Shown: positions 28,483 through 37,658 of the stretch, one piece after another | Position numbering within the stretch: the stretch's first letter is position 1 | Layout: each line of letters opens with the position of its first letter | NCBI GenBank assembly: GCA_964351815.1 | Contig: CAYGPH010000001.1 | Location: 30,460-78,942 of the forward strand | Direction: 5' to 3' | Length of the DNA stretch: 48,483 nt | Source: an uncultured Verrucomicrobiales bacterium | GTDB lineage: Bacteria; Pseudomonadota; Alphaproteobacteria; Paracaedibacterales; CAITNM01 | The notes under the pieces: model-generated | The model's database searches: none | Told to the model about the DNA's origin: nothing | Seen by the model: only the letters and a program-made list of their open reading frames with translations | Program-made: the position numbers and the translations under genes

Positions 28483-29452
28483 CAACAATTTTTGTTTGCT
28501 CAGGCGGATCACCAGCAAGCCATGTGTTAAAACCTAACCCTTGCTTTCCATTTAGGGTTGTTGCTTGGTTGTCGTCATTTTTCAGCCTCAGGCATAAGCT
28601 AACCTTTGGTAAAGTCCCTAAATATTGCCTAAGGGATTTTTTTAATAGGGTGTAGGTAGAACCCCCAAGCTTAGGATTTTTAAAAGGTACAAAGTGTTTT
28701 ATTTGTTCAAAACTTAAGTTATCAGCTAGCAAATCAAATCCAGCATTTTGGTCCCAGGTTCCAGTACCTAATATGAGTGATTGACCAAGCACATTATGTT
28801 TTTCCTGCCTAGTACAAAGGTAACTACCATCTGTATTGGGGGCACGTTTCCAAGATCCTTGATGCGGCATTACCTGAAACGTTATGTTCGTAAGGCCGTT
28901 TAACATTAACAGCAATCCTTGCAAAGACCTACTTTGCCGCCACAAACAATCAAAAAATAGGGCCTGTTGTTTGACACTACTTAGCTGGTAACCACTTAGG
29001 TATCGCATAACAACCCCTGCGGGAGAATGGTAGGATTTTTTATGGGATAAATGTGGAAAGCGCTTTGCTTGAAAAAGATGATACAAAGCCATTAAACGAT
29101 GGTGAAAAACATCTAAAAAAGCCATCATAGCCGTATCTTTAGCTTTTAAACGTTCTAAAATAAGCTCTTTAAAAGGCTCTGGTAAGGGTGCATTTAAGTT
29201 TACCAAAGAAAAAATATTACTACTTAATTTTGGCCGTCCAGTTTTCATTAATTGCAAAGATTCAATTACAGTGCTACTTGGGGATGTTTCAGGGTGGGCA
29301 ACAACCTTAATCACATCCCGATGGGGATCTATATTTTTCCCAAACCTTGGGTTTAATGGCCGCATGGTTTCAAGCAAATAAATAAGCTGATGTATATCTA
29401 GCTGCTGGGGTTCATGAATAATTTTTTGTAAAAGGCTATATTTTTTTGTCAT
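28475..29452 (-). CDS. tssG: Type VI secretion system baseplate subunit TssG (ImpH/VasB family)
   Basis: The N-terminus LLQKIIHEPQQLDIHQLIYLLETMRP...FGKNIDPHRDVIKVVAHPETSPSSTVIESL matches the TssG pattern (p..fdFfQa.rlLE ... G....p..e.vrf...psl.Fp.sev). The size of 325 aa fits, and the gene lies 10 nt downstream of tssF. Confidence 0.8.
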   Translation of the reverse strand: MTKKYSLLQKIIHEPQQLDIHQLIYLLETMRPLNPRFGKNIDPHRDVIKVVAHPETSPSSTVIESLQLMKTGRPKLSSNIFSLVNLNAPLPEPFKELILERLKAKDTAMMAFLDVFHHRLMALYHLFQAKRFPHLSHKKSYHSPAGVVMRYLSGYQLSSVKQQALFFDCLWRQSRSLQGLLLMLNGLTNITFQVMPHQGSWKRAPNTDGSYLCTRQEKHNVLGQSLILGTGTWDQNAGFDLLADNLSFEQIKHFVPFKNPKLGGSTYTLLKKSLRQYLGTLPKVSLCLRLKNDDNQATTLNGKQGLGFNTWLAGDPPEQTKIVVN

Positions 29453-29462
29453 TTTATTGTGA

Positions 29463-31262
29463 TTATAGGGTTATAAGTGTTCCGGGTTTGAAGGCAAAAG
29501 TATACTTAAGGTCAGGACTGTCTGGATCTTCAACTGTTAGTTCAATGAACCGTTGCCAATCGACCAATTGACTAAAGTAATGTTGTAATATGCTTGCAAA
29601 AATAGTGTTTGAACCGCCGTTAGTTGAATGCAAATCTATTTGTAATTCAACATTAAACCCTTCAACATAACCTTTCCAGGCAATTTCTCCGAACCTTCGT
29701 GTTTGTGGGGAAATATTTAAGTTATGTAAATCACGCGTAAGTTGATGGCTTTTGCCAGGGTAACGATTAAGAAAAATCTCTGCTAGGGCTTTGATATGTT
29801 TTAAACCATCACTGCCATTAACGGTGCCTATATAATTGTTTGCTAGCTGGCTTATGGTTAACCAAAGGGTGTCTCCATCTTCAGGGCTATAGGCTTGTGG
29901 CACAGGTTTTTTGATAAGTTTAAAACGGTGGGCTGCAATTTTTTCTTCAGGCTCAAAAACTGTGTTTTCCGTTAGTTCATTGGCTAAATAGCGATTTGTG
30001 CAGGTAATTTCTGCAACGGCCACAACATCCTTATTTCGGGCAGGATGAAACGCATGGTCTATAAAGGAAACAAACATATCTGTTCCAGGGCTTCCCCTTA
30101 ATAAAGCTGGGCGCCTTTTAGCGTACCAAAAACAGTTTTTTTCTTGATCAAAATCTAAGCGACTGTAAAAAGGTAAATAGTTTACTGTTTTTTGTGTTGC
30201 GTCTTCTAACCCAGAAATTGAGTTAATAGCGTATATTTCCGTTGTGCGTTCCCGCCTGGTGTCAGGAATTAAGCGATAATGCACCTGCTGATGGTCGATA
30301 CGTAAAGGATCGGATGGTTTGTTAAACAAATTAATAATTGGTGTGCAAAAAAGTTGTAATTGATCAATTCCTGCGCCAGCATTTTGCCACAAATTTGTAT
30401 CCTTAAGGGAAATAATTAAACGCAAGGTTTTTTTGTTGTTTGCAGACGCAATAGCTTCATGAAGGCCAGTGAAGCGAAGGAAGAAAAACTTTTCTGGACA
30501 ATGGAAATATTCTTGTAATAGGGCAAAGCTATGGTGATTTTGGGGTTCAAGGGGTAAACCTACTTCCTCACGGCTTAATCCAACCTGTTCTATCTGACCA
30601 GCCGGAAAAATATTATTATGCTCATCAGCAACATAAACGCCCGTATTTAAACACAACAGGGTCTGTAGGGCCGCATTCGCTTTTACCCAATCGTTGCCCA
30701 TAAAAAAAACAAGGTTTGTTAGGTTTAATTTTTGTAAATCTTCCTGGCAGCTTAGGGTGATTTCAAGTACTGCTTGATCAGAAAAATTATTATTTTTTGC
30801 CGTATAATTTTCATGGATAATGGCATTTTCTACTTGAATTGGCCAAACCATTACATCGTAAACTGTGCGAAAACGGCATTGTAATTGTTCTTGGCTTCTT
30901 GCCAATAGTTTTGTGCCCTTGGGTACCAATACGCCTTTACCCTTAGCAAATTGAACTGATTTCTTATCAATTTGGCTAATCGCCATTGATGGTGTTGGTC
31001 GTACTAAGTGGGGGTATAAAACATTTAATAAGGCCTGGGCTGTTTCCGGGTGGTGATCATCAAGGGTTTTGGATAACCTGGCGGTTAAATAAGCAAAAGA
31101 TTCCAATAAACGTTCAACGTGTGGGTCCGAAGATTCTGTTTCACTGTAATCTAGCCGGTGAGCAATTTTAGGATGTTGTTTAGCAAAGTCACGGCCTGCA
31201 TTGCGCAAGTATGCCATTTCTTCTTGATAATAAGCAACTAAACTGCCATCAACCTTGGCCAT
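29463..31262 (-). CDS. tssF: Type VI secretion system baseplate subunit TssF (ImpG/VasA family)
   Basis: LVAYYQEEMAYLRNAGRDFAKQHPKIAHRLDYSETESSDPHVERLLESFAYLTARLSKTLDDHHPETAQALLNVLYPHLVRPTPSM is a near-textbook TssF N-terminus. At 599 aa it is full length. Confidence 0.9.
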   Translation of the reverse strand: MAKVDGSLVAYYQEEMAYLRNAGRDFAKQHPKIAHRLDYSETESSDPHVERLLESFAYLTARLSKTLDDHHPETAQALLNVLYPHLVRPTPSMAISQIDKKSVQFAKGKGVLVPKGTKLLARSQEQLQCRFRTVYDVMVWPIQVENAIIHENYTAKNNNFSDQAVLEITLSCQEDLQKLNLTNLVFFMGNDWVKANAALQTLLCLNTGVYVADEHNNIFPAGQIEQVGLSREEVGLPLEPQNHHSFALLQEYFHCPEKFFFLRFTGLHEAIASANNKKTLRLIISLKDTNLWQNAGAGIDQLQLFCTPIINLFNKPSDPLRIDHQQVHYRLIPDTRRERTTEIYAINSISGLEDATQKTVNYLPFYSRLDFDQEKNCFWYAKRRPALLRGSPGTDMFVSFIDHAFHPARNKDVVAVAEITCTNRYLANELTENTVFEPEEKIAAHRFKLIKKPVPQAYSPEDGDTLWLTISQLANNYIGTVNGSDGLKHIKALAEIFLNRYPGKSHQLTRDLHNLNISPQTRRFGEIAWKGYVEGFNVELQIDLHSTNGGSNTIFASILQHYFSQLVDWQRFIELTVEDPDSPDLKYTFAFKPGTLITL

Positions 31263-31306
31263 GGGATATTTTTTTTAAACTTTAACAAAAATTTTAGCAG
31301 TTATTC

Positions 31307-31348
31307 TCTCCAAGACTCAAGTAAGATAATCCACTTGGTTCTTGGAGA
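31307..31348 (-). promoter_or_regulatory. Imperfect long hairpin in the tssF upstream/leader region
   Basis: tctccaaga (31307-31315) pairs with tcttggaga (31340-31348), and the inner pair is caagt (31318-31322) with acttg (31333-31337). It lies 45-86 nt upstream of the tssF ATG. Confidence 0.3.
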
Positions 31349-31557
31349 AACTAATTAGCATGTTAGGCTAGCATGTATTTTAATGCATATTGTTTCTAAT
31401 AACACATTTCAAGGGGACTGCAGTGGCTAAAACCAAAGTCATCTTTCACGTTGTCGCCAAAATATTCTGGATCTTCAGGTTTTTCATGGTCACTGGGTTG
31501 ATAATTTTCGTTTATGGACCCTTTGCAAGTGCTTGTTGGGCTATTTTGATTCTTTTG

Positions 31558-31851
31558 TCAAAAAATGGATATGCGTTTTGTTGTAGAATTAAAATCTGAT
31601 AAACTCGGGTAACGTTGAATTTTTAACTTATTATTCCTCTCAGTTAAAAGCCCGGTATTCCTTTTTTCTTCTTCAAGAAAAGAAGAACACGTTCCAATTG
31701 AACCATCTTTTACCACCGGACAATGCATGGAAATTGCTTGGGTATTTTGCAGTTGTAAGGGTTTATCCAAACTTCCGGGGATTTCTTTTCCGGTAATCAC
31801 GCTTAGCAAACTGGTAACAAAAAGAAACATGAAATACTTTGAAAACTGCAT
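31558..31851 (-). CDS. Small hypothetical secreted protein (97 aa from MQFSKYF)
   Basis: Signal peptide MQFSKYFMFLFVTSLLSVITG and two Cys. It is co-oriented with and upstream of tssF but shows no resemblance to TssE/gp25. Confidence 0.45.
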   Translation of the reverse strand: MQFSKYFMFLFVTSLLSVITGKEIPGSLDKPLQLQNTQAISMHCPVVKDGSIGTCSSFLEEEKRNTGLLTERNNKLKIQRYPSLSDFNSTTKRISIF

Positions 31852-32016
31852 TTTTTTTATTTCCACTATTAATACCTTAATGTTTGACTCTTCTAACAAT
31901 TAACTAAAGTTTCTTTCTTAATAATGGGTTAATTGTAAATGATTTGTTCCAATACCTCGCCTTTTATTTTTAGCTTAGCTAATATGGGCCAAAATTAAGA
32001 AACTTATTTTTCCTTT

Positions 32017-34722
32017 ATGACCCTGCATCTTGTTGATGGTTCTGGCTACATCTTTCGTGCTTACTATGCACTGCCACCTTTATCTACTCCAGAGGGTGTT
32101 CCAGCTGGTGCCGTTTACGGATTTACGAACATGCTACTGCGGCTTATGGAATCCGTTAAAGATGATCGACTGCTTGTCGTTTTTGATGCTGGACGACAAA
32201 ACTTTCGGCATAATTTATATCCTGACTATAAAGCAAATCGCGCTAGTCCCCCCGAAGATTTGATTCCACAGTTTTCACTTATTCGTGAAGCCTGTAATGC
32301 ATTAGGTGTCCCATGCCTCGAAATTCCTGGTTTTGAAGCTGATGATATTATCGCAACAATGTCTGTTAGGGCCAGTGCCGAAAATCAAAAAACACGAATT
32401 ATTTCAGGCGATAAAGACCTCATGCAATTGCTTAATCAGCAGGTGGAAATGTTTGATCCTGTCAAAAATAAACCTGTGGATGCGGAAGTTATTTTTAATA
32501 AGTTTGGTGTTACAGCCGATAAGGTAATAGAAGTTCAAGCCTTATGTGGTGATAGTTCAGATAACATTCCGGGTGTTCCTGGAATTGGTCCTAAAACAGC
32601 TGCAGAGCTTATTCATACCTTTGGTGATGTTGAAACCCTTTTAGCAAAAGCTGCCACAGAGATTAAGCAACCTAAACGACGCCAAAGTTTGATTGATAAC
32701 CGTGAACTTGCCCTAATTTCCAAACAATTAGTGACCTTAAAAACTGATGTGCCTTTGCCATATGGTATAAGCAGCATACCTGATGTAAAAACAGATTTCA
32801 CACAATTGCATAGTTTTTTAGACCGCATGGGGTTTAAAAGTTTAAGCAAGCGTTTGCAGCAAAAAGGCATGGGTGGGCATGAACCATTATTAAGTGCTAC
32901 TCAACAAGTTGTAAAGCAACAAATTGAATCCATTTGTATTACCGATGAAGCGACTTTAAAAAAGTGGTTGTTAGATGTTGAAAAAACCGGACTATTGGTT
33001 ATAGATGTGGAAACGACCGGCCTAAACACGCGTACTGCTGATTTGGTTGGAATTAGCCTTGGTGTTAAGCTAAATACCCTATGGCAAGGTGCCTATATTC
33101 CCGTTGGGCATAAAACAGAAAGCCAACAATTACCCCTTGCTTTGGTCAAAACCCATTTAAAAAAATTACTTTTAAACCACCAGATTACCAAAATTGGTCA
33201 TAACCTTAAATTCGATATGGCTATCCTTGAACGCTATGGCTTACCGATTAAAAGCTTACAAGATACCATGTTACTATCCTATTGTTTGTATGCAGGATTG
33301 CACGGTCATAGCATGGATGAATTATCTGAACGTTACTTAAATTATAAGCCGATTGGATTTAAGGAGGTTGCCGGTATTGGAAAAAAACAAGTGACATTTG
33401 ATGAGGTTGATTTGGAAAAAGCAACCCAGTATGCGGGTGAAGATGCTGTTATTACAGGAAAATTATATGATTTTCTGCAGCCTCAACTAGTCGAAAAACA
33501 AGTGAATCAAATATATTACACCGTAGAACGCCCTTTAATTCCTGTAATACAATCTATGGAAAAGATTGGTGTAAAAGTTGATCGTGAAAGTTTAGAAAAT
33601 ATCGGTAAAAGTTTTCTAGCCCAAATTACAGATCTTGAAAATGAAATTATTGGCTTAGCGGGAGAGGAATTTAACGTGGCATCACCGAAGCAGTTAGGTG
33701 AAATTCTATTTGATAAGCTTGGTCTTCCTAAGCCAAAAAAAACAAAAACTGGCACCTATGCAACCGATACCAAGGTGTTGGAAGATCTGGCAAATCAGGG
33801 TTACGCCATTGCTGATAAACTTATTGCATGGCGGGGGTTAAGCAAACTTTATTCGACCTATGTAGAGGGTTTACTAGAAGCCCAAGATTCCATTACCCAA
33901 AGGGTTCATACTTGCTATTCAATGGTTGGCGCTGCAACGGGTCGTTTATCATCATCTGACCCGAACTTGCAAAATATTCCTGTTCGAACGAATGATGGCC
34001 AAAAAATTCGTAAAGCTTTTATAGCAGATCAGGGTTATACGCTTTATAGCCTAGACTATTCACAAATTGAATTACGCCTTTTGGCTCACTTTGCAGATGT
34101 TCCAACACTGCAACAAGCTTTTGTTGATGGTCAAGATATTCATAAGATTACTGCTATGGAAGTGTTCCATAAAACTGAAAGGGAAATGACACAAGAATTG
34201 CGCCGGCAAGCCAAGGCGATCAACTTTGGTATCATCTACGGCATCAGTAATTTTGGTCTTGCCAAACAATTGCAATGCAGCAATGGCGAAGCTCAAGATA
34301 TTATTCGTCATTACTTTGAAAAATACCCAGGTATTCAAGCCTATATGGAAGCCTATAAGGAATATGCATCCCACCATGGTTATGTGAAAACCCTGTTTAA
34401 TCGACGTGTACATTTACCCTTCATTAAGGATCGTAATTATAATTTACGCAACTTTGCTGAACGCCAAGCCATTAATGCACCTTTACAGGGCAGCAACGCA
34501 GATATTATTAAAGTTGCTATGGCAAAAGTATTTGATTTTTTAAAAGACAAAAAAACCCGCATGCTGTTACAAGTGCACGATGAATTAATTTTTGAAGTGC
34601 CAGAAGAGGAAATAACTACAGTGCCACAACAACTGCAAACAATTATGCAGGGAATTACCCAACTTAAAGTACCGTTAAAGGTTGATATAGGTTGTGGCCC
34701 CAATTGGCATGCAGCCCATTAA
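32017..34722 (+). CDS. polA: DNA polymerase I
   Basis: 5'-nuclease N-terminus (LHLVDGSGYIFRAYYA), 3'-5' exo block (VIDVETTGL), and Pol motifs DYSQIELRLLAH and LLQVHDELIFEV. Confidence 0.97.
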   Translation: MTLHLVDGSGYIFRAYYALPPLSTPEGVPAGAVYGFTNMLLRLMESVKDDRLLVVFDAGRQNFRHNLYPDYKANRASPPEDLIPQFSLIREACNALGVPCLEIPGFEADDIIATMSVRASAENQKTRIISGDKDLMQLLNQQVEMFDPVKNKPVDAEVIFNKFGVTADKVIEVQALCGDSSDNIPGVPGIGPKTAAELIHTFGDVETLLAKAATEIKQPKRRQSLIDNRELALISKQLVTLKTDVPLPYGISSIPDVKTDFTQLHSFLDRMGFKSLSKRLQQKGMGGHEPLLSATQQVVKQQIESICITDEATLKKWLLDVEKTGLLVIDVETTGLNTRTADLVGISLGVKLNTLWQGAYIPVGHKTESQQLPLALVKTHLKKLLLNHQITKIGHNLKFDMAILERYGLPIKSLQDTMLLSYCLYAGLHGHSMDELSERYLNYKPIGFKEVAGIGKKQVTFDEVDLEKATQYAGEDAVITGKLYDFLQPQLVEKQVNQIYYTVERPLIPVIQSMEKIGVKVDRESLENIGKSFLAQITDLENEIIGLAGEEFNVASPKQLGEILFDKLGLPKPKKTKTGTYATDTKVLEDLANQGYAIADKLIAWRGLSKLYSTYVEGLLEAQDSITQRVHTCYSMVGAATGRLSSSDPNLQNIPVRTNDGQKIRKAFIADQGYTLYSLDYSQIELRLLAHFADVPTLQQAFVDGQDIHKITAMEVFHKTEREMTQELRRQAKAINFGIIYGISNFGLAKQLQCSNGEAQDIIRHYFEKYPGIQAYMEAYKEYASHHGYVKTLFNRRVHLPFIKDRNYNLRNFAERQAINAPLQGSNADIIKVAMAKVFDFLKDKKTRMLLQVHDELIFEVPEEEITTVPQQLQTIMQGITQLKVPLKVDIGCGPNWHAAH

Positions 34723-34725
34723 ACA

Positions 34726-35880
34726 ATGCCAGAATCATTCCTACCATCAGTTGCGCCAACCCAAGCCTATGCATTATATATTCATTGGCCCTTTTGTGCT
34801 TCAAAATGTCCATATTGCGATTTTAATAGCCATGTACGTAAATCATACGATGAAAAAGCCTGGACAGATGCCATTATTGCAGAAATTAATCAGGCTTTTA
34901 TAACATTTTCTCCAAAGGAAATTAGTAGCATTTTTTTTGGTGGCGGAACACCATCGTTAATGGCGGTAGAATCGGTGGAAGCTATTTTGCTTGCCATTGA
35001 CCGCGCTTATCCCTTAAGTACTATTCCAGAAATTACCTTAGAAGCTAATCCAGGTTCCGTAGAAAATGCAAAATTAAAGGGTTTTCGTAAGGCAGGGGTG
35101 AATCGGTTATCCATAGGTGTGCAAAGTTTTGATCAAAAGCGGCTTGCATTTCTTGGCCGTAAGCACAGTGTAATAGAAGCCAGGCAAGCCCTTGAACTTG
35201 CATATAAAACCTTTGGTCGTGTCAGCTTTGATTTAATCTATGCAACCCCTCAGCAAGATTTAAAAGCTTGGGAAGCAGAATTAACCAGTGCTTTAAGCAT
35301 TTATGATCCTGATCACCTTTCTCTTTATCAACTAACGATAGAACCAAATACGGTTTTTCAAGAACGGGTTGCCCGGGGGGATTTTATGGTACCTAACGAC
35401 GATTTAGCAGCAAGATTTTATCAATTAACGGCTGATATAGTTGCTGATAAAGGCCTTAAGGCTTACGAGGTTTCTAACTACGCAAGGCTAGGGCAAGAAT
35501 GTTTGCATAATTTAAGTTATTGGTGTTATCAGCCCTATATTGGTATAGGGCCAGGGGCCCATGGTAGACCAGGTATTGATGGGCAAACTTTTGCCACGAC
35601 CCAAACAAAAGTTCCAGAAAAATGGTTAAAGGCTGAACAGGGTAAGCGTTATTTAGAATATCATGCCCTAACCCATGAACAACAGCAGCGAGAATCACTT
35701 ATTATGGGTTTGCGTAGCACAAGGGGTGTGGTTTGGCCCTATACTGAGATGAATCGCGTTCACCAGCTTGTAAATCATAAATTACTAATGTTAGATAATC
35801 AAAACCAGAAAATTCTGCTTAAGCCCACTGACAAAGGCTTGCTAATGGTAGAGGGAATGCTGAATTACCTTCTAAATTAG
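34726..35880 (+). CDS. hemW: Radical SAM heme chaperone HemW (HemN-like, oxygen-independent coproporphyrinogen oxidase family)
   Basis: Contains YIHWPFCASKCPYCDFNS (CxxxCxxC) and IFFGGGTPSL. At 384 aa, the length fits HemW/YggW rather than HemN. Confidence 0.85.
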   Translation: MPESFLPSVAPTQAYALYIHWPFCASKCPYCDFNSHVRKSYDEKAWTDAIIAEINQAFITFSPKEISSIFFGGGTPSLMAVESVEAILLAIDRAYPLSTIPEITLEANPGSVENAKLKGFRKAGVNRLSIGVQSFDQKRLAFLGRKHSVIEARQALELAYKTFGRVSFDLIYATPQQDLKAWEAELTSALSIYDPDHLSLYQLTIEPNTVFQERVARGDFMVPNDDLAARFYQLTADIVADKGLKAYEVSNYARLGQECLHNLSYWCYQPYIGIGPGAHGRPGIDGQTFATTQTKVPEKWLKAEQGKRYLEYHALTHEQQQRESLIMGLRSTRGVVWPYTEMNRVHQLVNHKLLMLDNQNQKILLKPTDKGLLMVEGMLNYLLN

Positions 35881-35910
35881 GTCAATAAAAACATATTCGA
35901 ATTTCGCAAA

Positions 35911-35965
35911 CTTAATCTTCAACCCCTTTGCATAAAAAAATTGCTTTAGGAGGTTAAAGATTAAG
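35911..35965. terminator. Long-stem hairpin between convergent hemW and the 36004-37089 gene
   Basis: cttaatcttcaacc (35911-35924) pairs with ggttaaagattaag (35952-35965): 14 bp with 1 mismatch and a loop of about 27 nt. Confidence 0.35.
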
Positions 35966-36003
35966 AATTGAAATGTTTACCTAGGGCTAGGTTAATTAAT
36001 AGC

Positions 36004-37089
36004 TTAAAAATTAAAAAAGCTCGGAAATTTAGGCATTGGTCTCATTTTAGGCATTGGTCTCATTTCACGCACAGGTCTCATTTCACGCCTAGGCAAAGCT
36101 GCTCCATTAAGAAAAAATCCTGAAGATTGTCTGCTTGATAAGAATTGCTGATGTGAAGCAACACCATTTATTGTTCTTGTGGTGCTACTGTTGTATGATT
36201 CGGAATGAGTCCATGCCATTATGATGGGTAAATTGTCTTGTAACGTTGCATCTGCTTGTAACGCTGGTGCTGCTACTTGTAAAGTTTGAGCTACCTGTAA
36301 CGTTGGAGCTGCTTGTAACGCTGGTGCTACTTGCGCAGGAGCTGCTTGTAACGTCGGAGTTAGTTGTATGGATGTGCGCATATAACTTAAAATACTATTT
36401 ATTTCTCCCTTATTTTTTTCCTTAGAATCTTGTTTTAAACATTCCCATTTAAAACCTTTAAGCGGGCTATTTTTACTTGCAAAACACTCAAGGGGTCTCT
36501 GGTTAAAGCTTTTGACAGAAAGTAAAATTAAATGAAAGACAAAATCATCAACGTTTTCGTATGTGCTATCTAAAAGTTGCATAGAAAAGTCACCATCCGA
36601 ATTTCTTGCACTATTGCTTTTTTTCACAAAGCTGCACATTTCATTTTCTATTTCTTGCAATGTCATTTTTGAGGATGAGATCGACATAGAGTCATCTGAA
36701 CTAAATTTGCTATCTATAGTTGATAAAATTATCGCTGCAAACACCTTTTTTTTAAGTTTTTTATTTTCAATAGAAGAAAACAGTCTGATTGACATATTTT
36801 GATTAATATACTCTGGCAAAGAAACAAGTTGCAAAATTTCATTTTCTACCTGGTAACTTTTAAAAAATTCTGCAGGTGTTTTTTCATTGTCGTTTTTATC
36901 ATCATGCGGGATGCACGTGTTAATTTTTAACGCATAATCTTGAAGAGCTTGATCATTTTGAAATATTGGTGCAAATTTTGTGAATTCACTTTCCTGTCTA
37001 TATTCGTTTTTTTGAATGCCTGCTGCATTAAGGGCGCATAAGCACATAACAAGAAGGGTCAAATATTTTTTTGGATCTTTATAAAACAT
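36004..37089 (-). CDS. Hypothetical secreted protein, paralog A (repeat-rich C-terminus)
   Basis: Signal peptide present. The central region is collinear with paralog B (KTPAEFFKSYQVENEILQLVSLPEY, KKLKKK, MTLQEIENEMC, CFASKNSPLKGFKWECLK). The C-terminus is made of A/P/LQ repeats and MRP repeats. Confidence 0.7.
   Translation of the reverse strand: MFYKDPKKYLTLLVMCLCALNAAGIQKNEYRQESEFTKFAPIFQNDQALQDYALKINTCIPHDDKNDNEKTPAEFFKSYQVENEILQLVSLPEYINQNMSIRLFSSIENKKLKKKVFAAIILSTIDSKFSSDDSMSISSSKMTLQEIENEMCSFVKKSNSARNSDGDFSMQLLDSTYENVDDFVFHLILLSVKSFNQRPLECFASKNSPLKGFKWECLKQDSKEKNKGEINSILSYMRTSIQLTPTLQAAPAQVAPALQAAPTLQVAQTLQVAAPALQADATLQDNLPIIMAWTHSESYNSSTTRTINGVASHQQFLSSRQSSGFFLNGAALPRREMRPVREMRPMPKMRPMPKFPSFFNF
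36031..36093 (-). repeat. 18-bp in-frame tandem repeat, about 3.5 units
   Basis: Units are aggcattggtctcatttt (36031-36048), aggcattggtctcatttc (36049-36066), acgcacaggtctcatttc (36067-36084) and a partial unit. They encode REMRPV-REMRPM-PKMRPM-PKF. Confidence 0.9.
36237..36365 (-). repeat. Degenerate in-frame repeats containing cttgtaacg (LQ codons)
   Basis: The motif (c)ttgtaa(c/a)g recurs at about 36237, 36255, 36275, 36294, 36311 and 36344. It encodes PTLQAAPAQVAPALQAAPTLQVAQTLQVAAPALQADATLQ. Confidence 0.8.
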
Positions 37090-37171
37090 AATTAAACTTT
37101 GATTGATTAACTATCACCTATATAAGTATTAGAAAAATGATTGTCAACGTTTAAGCAATATAAATTATGAA

Positions 37172-37529
37172 CTATTTTTTTTGTTCATACTTTTTATTCT
37201 TAAGAATAGGCGCTATAGCCAATAGGCAAAGACCATATAAAAGTATTAAGCATCCGAACCAAAAGAAAACAATCAGTGGCTTGTATAAAAATTCTGCACA
37301 CCAATGGCCATCATGGTTTGTGTAAATCACGGCATGGATTTGGTGAAAGCCAAAAGTGCGCCAATCTCCTTGGTGTTTAACGATGTTATTAACATTAAAA
37401 AATTGACGATTTGGACTTAGCAAACGTTTAAAATCATCGAGCTGAAAATGTATCATTTCTCCGTCAAAACCAGGCCCTTTAACGCTTTTGTGATCTCTTA
37501 TAACAATCGAATGGTTTGCAAAGGTTATT
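37172..37529 (-). pseudogene. Duplicated fragment of the ccmF 3' end (last ~115 codons) with a different C-terminal tail
   Basis: The 94-aa ORF MIHFQLDDFKRLLSPNRQFF...LLAIA is identical to the end of the 38706-40385 protein. Homology continues upstream (FANHSIVIRDHKSVKGPGFDGE vs FANHLITIKDHKSVKGPGFDGE) without a start codon. Confidence 0.85.
37212..37496. repeat. 285-bp direct repeat, copy 2 (identical to 38728-39012)
   Basis: Base-by-base comparison by hand found no mismatch over 285 bp. The next ~33 bp (37497-37529 vs 39013-39045) show about 8 mismatches, after which similarity is lost. Confidence 0.9.
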
Positions 37530-37658
37530 AAATTTTATAATTTTAATCTTCAATACCTTTTCAGAAATAATTACGTAAGGTATGGAATACTTTTAAGCTA
37601 TTTAATAAAAATCTTCAGCCTTAGCTTTTTTTTTGGATAGTTTTTTTTAAAAAAAAAA

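Noticed and set aside
31390-31599. 69-aa hydrophobic plus-strand ORF upstream of tssF
   Set aside because: It has a non-ATG start, no RBS, and overlaps the 3' end of the minus-strand small secreted-protein gene. The minus-strand frames there are also open only in fragments. I could not recognise a decayed tssE either.
31558-31851. Possibility that the gene upstream of tssF is tssE
   Set aside because: It has a cleavable-looking signal peptide and no gp25/TssE-like pattern. It is kept as an ORFan.
37172-37456. Treating the 94-aa ORF as an independent conserved gene
   Set aside because: It is a verbatim copy of the ccmF C-terminal codons, with homology continuing upstream of its ATG. It is reported as a duplicated fragment, with independent expression left as an open question.
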